Shown: positions 53,388 through 64,000 of the stretch, piece by piece
Position numbering within the stretch: the stretch's first letter is position 1
How the letters are laid out: every line of letters begins with the position of its first letter
Assembly (NCBI RefSeq): GCF_009914755.1
Contig: NC_060925.1
DNA: 64,000 nt
Reading direction: 5' to 3' (one strand)
Origin: the human T2T-CHM13v2.0 reference genome, Homo sapiens
The notes under the pieces: model-generated
What the model was told of the DNA's origin: nothing
The model's input: only the letters and a program-made list of their open reading frames with translations
Database searches by the model: none
Translations under genes and position numbers: made by a program

Positions 53388-54480
53388 TCTTTTTTGTTTG
53401 TTTGTTTGTTTTTTTTAAATAGAGTCTCCCTCTGTTGCCCAGGCTGGGGTGCAGTGGTGAAATCTTGGCACACTGCAACCTTGGCCTCCTGGCTTCAAGT
53501 GATTCTCCGGCCTCAGCCTTCTGAGTAGCCTGGGACTACAGGCATGTGCCACCACACCCAGCTAATTTTTTTTTTTTATTATACTTTAAGTTTTAGGGTA
53601 CATGTGCACAATGTGCATGTTAGTTACATATGTATACATGTGCCATGCTGGTGCACTGCACCCATCAACTGGTCATTTAGCATTAGGTATATCTCCTAAA
53701 TCTATCCCTCCCCCCTCCCCCCACCCCACAACAGTCCCCAGAGTGTGATGTTCCCCTTCCTGTGTCCATGTGTTCTCATTGTTCAATTCCCACCCATGAG
53801 TGAGAATATGCGGTGTTTGGTTTTTTGTTCTTGCAATAGTTTACTGAGAATGATGATTTCCAATTTCATCCATGTCCCTACAAAGGATATGAACTCATCC
53901 TTTTTTATGGCTGCATAGTATTCCATGGTGTATATGTGCCACATTTTCTTAATCCAGTCTATCATTGTTGGACATTTGGGTTGGTTCCAAGTCTTTGCTA
54001 TTGTGAATAGTGCCGCAAGAAACATATGTGTGTATGTGTCTTTATAGCAGCATGATTTATAGTCCTTTGGGTATATACCCAGTAATGGGATGGCTGGGTC
54101 AAATGGTATTTCTAGTTCTAGATCCCTGAGGAATCGCCACACTGACTTCCACAATGGTTGAACTAGTTTACAGTCCCACCAACAGTGTAAAAGTGTTCCT
54201 ATTTCTCCACATCCTCTCCAGCACCTGTTGTTTCCTGACTTTTTAATGATTGCCATTCTAACTGGTGTGAGATGGTATCTCATTGTGGTTTTGATTTGCA
54301 TTTCTCTGATAGCCAGTGATGGTGAGCATTTTTTCATACCCAGCTAATTTTTGTATTATTAGTAGAGATGGGGGTTTTGCCATGTTGGCCAGGCTGGTCT
54401 CAACCTGTCCTCAATTGGTCTCCCTGCCTTAGCCTCCCAAAGTGCTGGGATTACAGGCCAGGATTACACTGTGCCTGGCC
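53388..54480 (-). mobile_element. Alu split in its A-rich linker by an L1 insertion
   Basis: Right arm 53388-53570 and left arm 54338-54480; the linker acccagctaattttt is duplicated. Confidence 0.92.
53571..54337 (-). mobile_element. L1PA (L1PA3-like) 5'-truncated 3' end, 767 bp
   Basis: ORF2 C-terminus ([18 protein letters not shown]...RIFSLMGGN), 3'UTR and poly(A); 15-bp TSD at 53556-70 and 54338-52. Confidence 0.95.
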
Positions 54481-54849
54481 CCAGTTTGTTTCTATTGTTG
54501 TTGACAGGATTGTCTTTCTAAAATTTTTCAGTGGCTGTCTCTAGAGTTGAGCAAATCCAAACTTCTTGTCTAAGACATAAAATATATCATGTTACTTTAT
54601 ATATATATGCTGTTTGCCTATGCTGTTCCCTCTACTTGCAATTTCCTTTCCTTATCTGAAGCTTATTATCTGTCACAATGCAGTTCATATGTCCACGAGT
54701 AAATGAAGCCTCCTCTGCCTCCCTCTTCCCATCATATGGCAAACTTCTTGAGGGCAGTCTTGGGAAAATTATTAAACATAATACACTCCCCAAATGTTTA
54801 TTAAATAAATGAATATTAATAGTGTTAAATGATATCATTATTTTCATTT

Positions 54850-55060
54850 TTTGAGCGTTTACTTTTATGAAGACACTGGCTAAGCATTTTAAATATGTTT
54901 TCTCCAACAATCACAGCACTTCTGAAAGTAGTTATGATTTTTCTTACCTTATAAATAAGAAAATAGAGACTCAAAGAAGTTAAGTGAATTTTTATATCTC
55001 ACATAGCCAGATTATGACAGAAGAGAGATTTGAGATCTAATCTGTCTGATTCTGAGTTTG
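54850..55060 (-). mobile_element. MIR fragment
   Basis: 'ttgagcgtttact...acactggctaagcatttt...gactcaaagaagttaagtgaa...gagatttgagatctaatctgtctgattc'. Confidence 0.65.
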
Positions 55061-55159
55061 TGAAAATATGACCTGAATTTTAACAACCTTTTATTAAAGA
55101 TCAGTGAAAATAAGGTTAGCTCATAAGGATAATAGCAGGTTAATTTTCCAGCTGGACTA

Positions 55160-55400
55160 CATAACTATGAACATAAATATATAAAATGTGGATATTATAT
55201 ATAGTAAAATATATAATATAAAGTATATATAATTATATTTAATATAAAACATATTGTTAATAATATAGCATATACTATCATGTATGCTATCTATAATTTT
55301 ATTATATGTAATATAAATTAACATGTAAACATAATATGCTATATTCATATGCTAATGTAACACAAAACTATAAAATTATATGTAATCATATATAATCTAA
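55160..55400. repeat. AT-rich low-complexity tract
   Basis: Degenerate (TA)n/(TATAA)n. Confidence 0.8.
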
Positions 55401-56244
55401 ATTTTTATCTATCCAAAGTATAAGGTAATTAAACAGAAAAACTTCAAATAAAATGCAGCAGCTCCTTATTTCATCTTTCACCATTCTAAGTGCCATTTTT
55501 AAGATAGTATAATCAAATTTTTTTTATTACAATTTCTTGGGTAATTACTCTAAAGAAAATGAAATGCTTATAATACTGTTTCCTAACTTATGAACTTGAT
55601 TTCCTATTATAAAAGATGAATATTAAGCTGATTTATAATACCTCATATCACCTCTCCATATTTTCCAATTTTGACAGCTCTAGTATTTCTCCTAATTTTG
55701 TATTGGTTAATTGTGTGCCTTTTTTGTTCTTAAACCCCCATTTCTCTCTACCAGTTTTCTATGCATCTTTTGATTTCCCTTAATGTAAAAATGATATTAA
55801 TGTCCTTCCCTTCCTTACATGTCTCCCTCCCATTCAAATAATCAGCTCTGGCTATGTTTTCCTTTCTTGTTATTTAGGGCGATAACTTTTACTTTCCATT
55901 CAGTTAGAATTGTTCATCATCTGTGTGTTTGTGTGTGTGTATACATGTGCGTGTGTGTGCTTGCCTTGGAAATTACAACATGCACTTTTTACTTTCCCTG
56001 GACATTGCAAGGACATTACAACATTTCAATTCATTTATACTGACTCGTATGCTATGATTTTCTTACACATACACACATGCTAATATGGGTAAGTCTACAT
56101 AAACCATGACTGTACAAAACAACAAATGGTAATATGTAAAATGTGTGTTTATACAGTATGTTTTTGAAAAGCATTATTATTGTTGTTTATACAATCACTT
56201 CTCATGTAGAGTTTCCCATATATTTATCACTTTCATTGCTCTTC

Positions 56245-56549
56245 TTTTTTATTTATTTATTTTTTTTTGAGATGGAGCCTCACACTGTCACCCTGGCTGG
56301 CGTGCAATAGTGCAATCTTGGCTCACGGAAACCTCCACCTCCTGGGTTCCAGTGATTCTCCTGCCTCAGCCTCCCAAGAAGCTGGGATTACAGGTGCCCA
56401 CCACCATGCCAGGCTAATTTTTTTGTATTTTATTAGAGACAGGGTTTCACTATGTTGGCCAGACGGGCCTTGAATTCCTGATCTTGTAATCCGCCCACCG
56501 TGGCCTCTCAAAGTGCTGGGATTACAGGCGTGAGCCACCACACCTGGCC
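56245..56549 (-). mobile_element. Alu (AluS-like)
   Basis: Full dimer; TSD ttgctcttc at 56236-44 and 56550-58. Confidence 0.93.
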
Positions 56550-56638
56550 TTGCTCTTCATTTCTTACCACATCTCTTCTTTATACTTTCTTCTCTCTTTA
56601 TTTGTATCCATTAAATTCTTAAATTCTATTGTAATATC

Positions 56639-57039
56639 TTCTATGGTTTAAATGTTTTTTTCCACCCTCCAAAATTCATGCTAAAACTTAATCCCCATAG
56701 CAACAGCATTGGGAGGTGTGGCCTTTGGGAAGAGATTGAGTCATGAGGGCTCTGTCCTCATGAATAGGACTAGGTGAGCTAATAAAGGGGCTTGCAGGAT
56801 GAAGTTTACTTTTTTTTCCCTTTCACCGTCATCCATGAGAAGACACAGTGTTCCATCCAGAGGATGTAGCATCAAGGCGTCATCTTAAAAGCAGAGAAAA
56901 GACTCTTACTTGACACCAGATGCCAGTGCATTGATCTTGGACTTCCCAGCCTCTAGAACTGTGAGAACATATATTTCTGTTGTTTATAAATTACCCAGTC
57001 TGTGGTATTTTGTTATAACAGCACAAATGGCCTAAGACA
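56639..57039 (+). mobile_element. MLT1A-like MaLR solo LTR
   Basis: Perfect TSD atatc; 'tgatcttggacttcccagcctctagaactgtgaga...cctaagaca'. Confidence 0.85.
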
Positions 57040-57529
57040 ATATCCTAAGATTTTGACTCTTTCAAACAGCTATCTATATCATGTTTCATAGTTTCGAGCT
57101 CCTTAACAAGATTTTCAAATCAACTTTCAGTTAGTTGTCTGTTATTTGTGCTGGTTCTTTCTTGAAGTTTTTGTCCACACATGTCTCTAGTTATTTTAGC
57201 TTGTATGCTGAAAATTGTATTTTGAAAAGCTAATTGCTGAAATAATTCAAGATTGAGCATTATGTTGCTTTCCTCCAAAGATTTTCATTTTTTTGTCAGG
57301 TGCATAAGGGCACTAGCAATTAGTGCTTAATTAAGTTCAGGCCTGAAAGTTTCTATGTAACCCAAATGACTTCAAGCCCAGGAAGGCTTTCCCCGGGACA
57401 ATATCTGACAAAGATACCTTTCTCCATTTGGACAGAATCTGACAGAGATTACAGGTTTCCACATCTCTATAGTCCAGGCAAGTTCAATGTGGATAATTAG
57501 AGAGTTGAAAAATATTTCTCCTTGAGGGA

Positions 57530-58021
57530 GGTTAAAGAAAAAAATGATTCAAAAAACTTATTAAAAACAGTAAGTTCAGACTATGTTTAGGACTGCCACA
57601 ATAGTATAGGGACTTTTGCAACGGGGTTTTGCAGTAGGGGAGAGAGATTGGGACCAACTCTTGAGTGCAACAAGTAAAAGCTGTTATTTATAGCCAAGGA
57701 GAAGGGTAGGGTTGGAGAGGTTAATGGATGGAAAATTACTGTGAGAATGTCAAGGGTAATGGGGGATTAGGGCTAAACTGACCTAACCAGGATTCTTTCT
57801 GAAGGCAGATCAGGGTCATCATATTCTAAAAGACGAGTAGAGGATGAGAAACTCTGTCAGATATGGAGGGTGAATACGTATCAAGGGTAAGGAACTCTGG
57901 CTAATCAAACTTGACAGGATTCTTGCTAACACCAGGTTCTTGGAGAACATACCTGAGGATGGAGCCTCATTGGGCTCAGAGGAGTCTGACTAAAATTTGG
58001 TCAAAGAGACAATCTTTGTCA
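57530..58021 (-). mobile_element. MER31-like ERV1 solo LTR
   Basis: Minus strand begins TGACAAAGATTGTCTCTTTGACCAAATTTTAGTCAGACTCCTCTGAGCCC; 4-bp TSD ggga. Confidence 0.75.
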
Positions 58022-60486
58022 GGGAGAATGAAAAACATTGGAGTTATTAATGGAGTTATTTTTCCTCAAGATGAAAAATCTAGGTGTTGATTATGGAAAA
58101 TATGTGAGGAATTACTATTCTATTCTTCATATATACTCAACAAGGAATAAGAGAAAATAAGCTTGAAGCATCCCAAGCAGGGAGGAAATAGTAGATTTAA
58201 TGAATGAATAATTAAACCAACTAGTGGCATACAAGGGAAATATTCCAATGTTTCTTCCTTTGTTTACCATTCTCAATGGATCTTTTTGGTCCATTCTCAT
58301 TATACTGCTTTCACTGTCAGTTACTGAGGCACAGACCCTAGTAGTATACTAGACATTTCTTACATTGTCCAGTGCCCCTCTTGAAGGATTGTGGTATCTA
58401 GCTATCAATTTGGAGCTGATTGCATTTGGACACAAAATGAGAATAATAACTTTTACATTTGTATAGTGCTTTCTGTTATGTCAAAGAGCTTTCTTTTCCA
58501 TTGCCTCAAGCAATATGGTGTAGTTTAAAAGCTGTGTGTTGTTGGCAGAGCGGTTTGATTAATTTCCACTGCACAATTGGTAAAACTGAATCCCAGAAAG
58601 GTTTTCACTTAAGTTTCAACTGGTGATAAAGTGTATGATAAAAGCAGGGGTTTCTAGTCTTACTTTCATCACACTTTAACATGGATGAAACATACCATGC
58701 AAAGGAATTCCAGAATTTAAATACTAAGCTTTTTAGTGAATGCAAATCCATAGTTAAGCTCTCCAAACTGCCTACCTAGTTTGCTTTAATCTTCATGTTT
58801 GACGTGAATGTGGTAGATACCCTTCTTTACCCACCTATTAAAGTATTCTCTTTATCTGTCTTCTCTCCAATTAGTAATAGTATAGCTTGATATTGTTATA
58901 TTTCCTGAAGATTTAGTCTTGTAATATATTTTCATTTTTTATCCCTCTTTCCTTGGATTTCCATTCACTTCTCTTTGCCCAGTTGCAGGTAATCAGGACT
59001 TATTCCCCCAAACACACTTCTTTTCTATTTTCCTTCTAGAATGCTGGTAGCTGTGTAATTAGGCAAGTTCTTCTCTGCTATTTTAAGAAAAAGACTTCAT
59101 AGAAAAGTAGGTCTCCTTTTGAATATTCACTGTATGGGATTCCTAATGTTAAAATTAATGTTTTCCCAAATATTAATTATTAAGCACATAAACAATGTGG
59201 AGATATTTAACATGGAGTCTGGTACATGGTAAATACTTAGTAAATGACAACTATTTTTATTACCAACAATAATAATAAATATTAGGCTTCCAACAACAAA
59301 GTCTGGATATGTGTTTCCTGGTCTACCAGGTTTGTATAGCATTATGAAAAAATGAAGCAATATGGTGCTGACTTAGAGTGCTCCTCTGGCTCTGGTTTGG
59401 TTGTGTACTCAGGGTCAGAGAACCCCTCTCTTAGAACATTGTTTGTGACTATGTATGCATCAGGACTAATAATGTCTTCAGTGTCTAAAAGTTAATTTAG
59501 CCACAGCTGTGTCAATATAAGAAGCATTACTTTCTGGTGGGATTAATTTCTGAAATGACATTTTAAGCTAAGGATTTCACCATCTCTATCCCTGAATTAT
59601 TTTGAGAATGCCTGGAAAATGCCGTGTGGAAAAAGTTTTCTAGATGTGGCTTTTTCAAATGTGAAATTAGGTTTGAAGACAGTTTTTAAATAGATTGTGA
59701 AGGAGGTTCCGAAGGAGTGAAGTTGAAACTCACTGAGTTTGGGCATTAGAATTTTTTAAAGCCATAACCAAGATTTAATTTATTCTGGGGGTAAATTAGC
59801 TTTAATTGGGTTGGCTAGGTTGGGAGAATAACCCTCTTCCAAGTAAGAACCCTTGTGTTTTAGCTCTTAAACATTTGATAAATGGTTCCATAACGTGAAT
59901 TAATTGATGCCAATTGTGACAAAAGTGTGGAAGTTACTGAACCCTATTCAGAGACTACTAAAGCTGCCATTTTAACGTAATGTTTCTACATCAGCCCCAG
60001 GCCATCTATAAGTCAGACAAGAAGAAGGCTATACTTTGACACTGTTGATTGTAGAAGGAATTAAGTGATGCATTAATTTGTACGTGATAGAAATTTGAAA
60101 AAAGTCATCCCATTACTCATGAGAAAAACTTGTAAATAAAAATGAAGGACCCAGATATTAGCCAATGGGAGACAAGTTAGCCCTGTATTATTGACCAGTT
60201 CTATAAATATTTCCAACTCTTGAGTCTATGACAGACTGAAAGTGAAGAGTAATGCATTTTTGCTGACAGAGATACAAGAACTCCACTTAAGTCAAGGAAG
60301 GCTTTGAATGAGATCGTGATGCAAATGGTTGACGACATCAGATGAGTTAATTGTTCTGACTGGCTCTGAAGGAGAAGTAGGTGAATTTTTTCTTCTTGAT
60401 GAAATCTCAGAGCTATTTACCACAAATGGCACAGGACTCAGATTTATGTTATAACAATAAAACCTAGCATCAAATTTGGTATTCTT

Positions 60487-60607
60487 CCTTAGAAAAATGA
60501 GCCACATGTATTTTCTGATTGTCTATGATTTCCTCATACTTGGTGCTCTACCTCAGAAAAATGAGCCATCTGTAATATTTTCCATGATTGCCCAAGATTT
60601 CCTCAGA
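60487..60607 (+). repeat. Degenerate tandem duplication, period 64 bp
   Basis: 'cct(t/c)agaaaaatgagcca...tgattg...gatttcctca' starts at 60487 and again at 60551. Confidence 0.8.
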
Positions 60608-61099
60608 TGGCCACATTAGGCAGAAGCTGTCATGGGAGATCTGACAAAAATCACAAATGAAGGTAATGTAGTTGCAGGAGATACTTTAGAACATCCTCAA
60701 TGTTGTTAGTCTCACAAGATCTGAATCATCTTTTGTTTAGATGAATCAGTTTTACTAAGTTTCTACAACAAAGCTCAATGTATTTGAAGTGTAATTACCA
60801 ATATTGAGGATTATAGCCACCTAACTTGGCAGACTATTACTCTTTCTTTGGCTGACTCCTTTAATCAAGGGCATTTTCGGGGCCAGATTTGACAGCTGCA
60901 GTGCTGGAGACAGATTGCGAAAAAGGTTCTGGGATAAGTTACATTTTCTCTAGCTTTTGTGTCAAAGCAATCGACAATCTATTAGAAAGTTTCATTGTCT
61001 ACATCAAAGCCAGGAAGGTGTAATGCACCATCTTTCTGGCAGGAGTAACAATGATAAAGTGATTTTGATAAAATCTCATCATAGTCACATCTATGGGAT

Positions 61100-61649
61100 T
61101 GTGATAGTGAATATTGAGTGTCAACTTGATTGGACTGAAGGATGCAAAGTATTGTTCCTGGGCATGTCTGTGAGGGTGTTGCCAAAGGAGATTAATGTTT
61201 GAGTCAGTGGACTGGGAGAGGCAGACCCACTCTCAATCTGGGTGGGCACTATCTAATCAGCTGCAAGTGCAGCTAGCATAAAGCAGGCAGTAGAAGATGG
61301 AAGAACAGACTTGCTGAGTCTTTTGGCCTTCATCTTCCTCCCATGCTGGATGCTTCCTGTCCTGAAATACCAGACTCCAAGTTTTTCAGCTTTTGGACTC
61401 TTGGACTTACACCAGTGGTTTGCCAGGGACTCTCAGGTCTTCTGCCGCATACTAAAGGCTGCCCTGTCAGCTTTCCTGCTTTTGAGGTTTTGGAACTCAG
61501 ACTGGCTTCCCTGCTCCTCAGCTTGCAGATGGCCTATTGTGGGGCTTCACTTTGTGATCGTGCGAGTCAATACTCCTTAATAAACTCCTCTACATATATG
61601 CACATCTATGCTATTAGTTCTGCCCCTTTAGAGAACCCTGACTAATACA
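61100..61649 (+). mobile_element. MLT2A2 (HERV-L) solo LTR, 550 bp
   Basis: TG...CA termini; perfect TSD gggat; includes the 'ttacaccagtggtttgccaggg' block that the 446-bp copy lacks. Confidence 0.9.
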
Positions 61650-61871
61650 GGGATCAAAAGGGGAGAAAAACAGCCTGTTTTTATAGGAAATAAAGGTTAG
61701 TAGTACATGGTCTTATTCCTCTGGATACTGGAAGTCCCTGAGCAACTCTGCTACATGATAGATTTGGGTTCCAAAGACTATAGGCTCCAAAAACAAACAA
61801 ACAAACAAACCCAAAGACTACAGGCTCTAAAATGTCCTTCGTCAGAAATATCAGAACCTTTTGAGGAAAAG

Positions 61872-61925
61872 CAGCTGCAGCAGCAGCAGCAGCAGCCATG
61901 CAATAACAGTAACAACAACAACAAC
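61872..61925 (+). repeat. Compound trinucleotide repeat CAG-CTG-(CAG)6 ... (AAC)5
   Basis: Directly visible; an (AAAC)n run lies just upstream at about 61790-61811. Confidence 0.9.
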
Positions 61926-63759
61926 ATGTTCTGGGTTATTCTGACTAGGTACTGCTACTGTACCAAGTTATTTTGATTTGTAACCAAATTTAAGAATTGC
62001 CAGTGAGACTATAACCGTACTGATTTCTCCTCAACTCCTTTTTTACTTCTTTTTCTCTCTATCCACCTCTTTTTCTTTCTCCCCTGAAGGTACCAAATGC
62101 AACTCCACACAATTACTTCTTTGTTTTTTATACTCCTTGGGATATATGTGATATAATTGTTATTTAGTTTAGTGCTCCAGTTGTTCATAAGGACCTCAAA
62201 GACTAATGTACATGTTTAGATATAGCTACACAAAAGCAAAGTATCCAAAGTTTAAGTCAATTCTCCATCTGAACTGCTAATTGGAATACTTCTCTGGAAA
62301 GGGAAAGATTCACATTCTCCTTTGGCTGGCAGTTGGCCAGAGATGAAGATGTGAGCTTTGGACAAAGTCAACATTCTTGGCTCCTATTGCCTAGGTTTTC
62401 ACTGGACCATAGTTATAATCTCATATGTCAATGGTGTGTGGTCCTATCTCTTCTTTGAGTGTGTTTTTTATATTTTAAAAATATTTTGAGCAGGTGCATG
62501 TTGAAAGGACTTTGTGGTTAAAGATTGGAAGTTAAGTTGGTGTTGCTTATAATTAATTGAGCATGTAGTACCAGAAGGTAGATAACAATTGGGCTACAGC
62601 AGAGGTTAACTTGCACTTTTTTTTTTTTTTTACAGTTTACAATAGATATAGACATTAAAGCTAAAGGATTATCAGAATTTAACTTCTGTTCAGATAGTTG
62701 ACAACAGTTCCCTATGATAACTATGCTAATTTATAATTTCTTAAATACATAGTCTTTAGCATTGGCTCACATATGCCTTCTATTTGTGAATGTACTGAAA
62801 GCACATCATCTCATAAAACTTTAAAAATAATTGTTTTGACTCTGGAGACTTAGTAAATATAATTCAAACCGAAGGATTTTTAAAAAACTTTTTTCCCTCC
62901 TTTCTGGGGATGTTTTCTTGAGTTTGAAGAAGGTTAATTGCTAATTCTTTAGCATCCAAAGTGGCAGCTTCCTTATTATAATGCTATATCATACACTGGA
63001 ATGCCCCTTATCTGACATGACTGACTAATTATTAAAATACTTAATTTTTTTTCTCCAGCTGTTTGGTTTCTGAGTAAACAAATTGCTAAGTTCGATTGGC
63101 TTCCATTTGCACTTCATTGCTTCTTGACAGCAAATACTCCAAAAAATGAGTTGCCTCTGGGTGTTTATAATCTCTAAGGGCAGAAGAAACAAATGTGTGC
63201 ATGATTTTGCTAATTTGAAAACTAAAAACCACCCTCATTAAAAATCTAACACACTTTAAAACTATTGCACAATATGATTTCTTAAACTTTGTAAAGACAG
63301 TGTGTGTTCCTAGAATCCCCAAATTCATTAATTTGATATTGTAAGATGTGATTTTATTAAATGAAAGCAAAGGCGTTATCTTCAAGGAATTGATGTATTG
63401 ATGGCATACAAATATAGTTGTATGCAGACAATTCAGAATTGCCTTCATTCTGATTAGCCAGAGTTACATGATTAAAAAGTTAACTGGAGTACTGATTTAC
63501 TTTCTAACAGATTTAGTTCAGCCTGGTGTGGATGCATTTCAGAATCTGTGAAAAATGGAATCACAATGCTGTGACAGCAGCATTTCTGCCTGTGGTATCT
63601 GTGAAGCAGGTATTGTAACACACATCAGAATTGTAATTTGGTCACAGATTTGGTGGTTTCTTCAGCTCCCATGACCAGATTTATTTGTAGAGTTTGGACT
63701 TTTTTTGTTTCTGTCATGCCTCAGGGAAAGGATGACACACAATGTAGAGTTCAATATAT

Positions 63760-64000
63760 ACCTGTCCCTTAGAATCTGTGGAGAATTAGTTCTAGGACCC
63801 CTGCAGATACAAAAATCCCCTGTGATTCTCAAGTCCTTTATATAAAATGGTATACTTGCATATAAGCCATGCACATCCTTCTGTATACTTTAAATCATCT
63901 CTAGATTATTTATAATACTAGGTAAATAGTTGTTACACTGTGTTTTTATTAGCGTTATTTTTAAATATTGTATTATTATTTTTTATTTTTCCAAATATTT
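63760..64000 (+). mobile_element. MER2 (TcMar-Tigger MITE), runs off the window
   Basis: 'gttctaggacccctgcagatacaaaaatc...ctcaagtcctttatataaaatgg...ctttaaatcatctctagatta'. Confidence 0.8.

Noticed and set aside
61707-61976. 89-aa ORF with polyQ and polyN runs (polyA run on the opposite strand)
   Set aside because: The runs are simply translated microsatellites; there is no domain similarity or convincing exon structure.

Overview
Primate (human-like) genomic DNA, apparently intergenic or deep intronic. No host protein-coding exon, RNA gene or CRISPR array can be supported. The window is dominated by transposable elements; family names come from recalled consensus motifs, not a database search. 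The main elements are a 6.2-kb HERV-H/LTR7 provirus on the minus strand with a CTAAC TSD (14508-20724), near-full-length Tigger4/Zombi and Tigger1 fossils, a complete MSTA MaLR provirus with an MLT2A1 LTR nested in its 5' LTR, and two 5'-inverted L1 insertions. There is also an L1 inserted into an Alu linker, plus many Alu, MIR, L2, old L1 and solo LTR fragments. I found no convincing novel multi-gene system. The best leads are: (1) a 31-bp fold-back hairpin at 26526-26599 whose only mismatches are G-U wobbles, with template-switch geometry; (2) two inverted L1PA copies that differ by about 1% over 500 bp but about 7% over the next 257 bp, suggesting gene conversion; (3) a HERV-H that keeps a full-length env relic but lacks the integrase core, and whose LTRs differ by a 51-bp U3 repeat unit.
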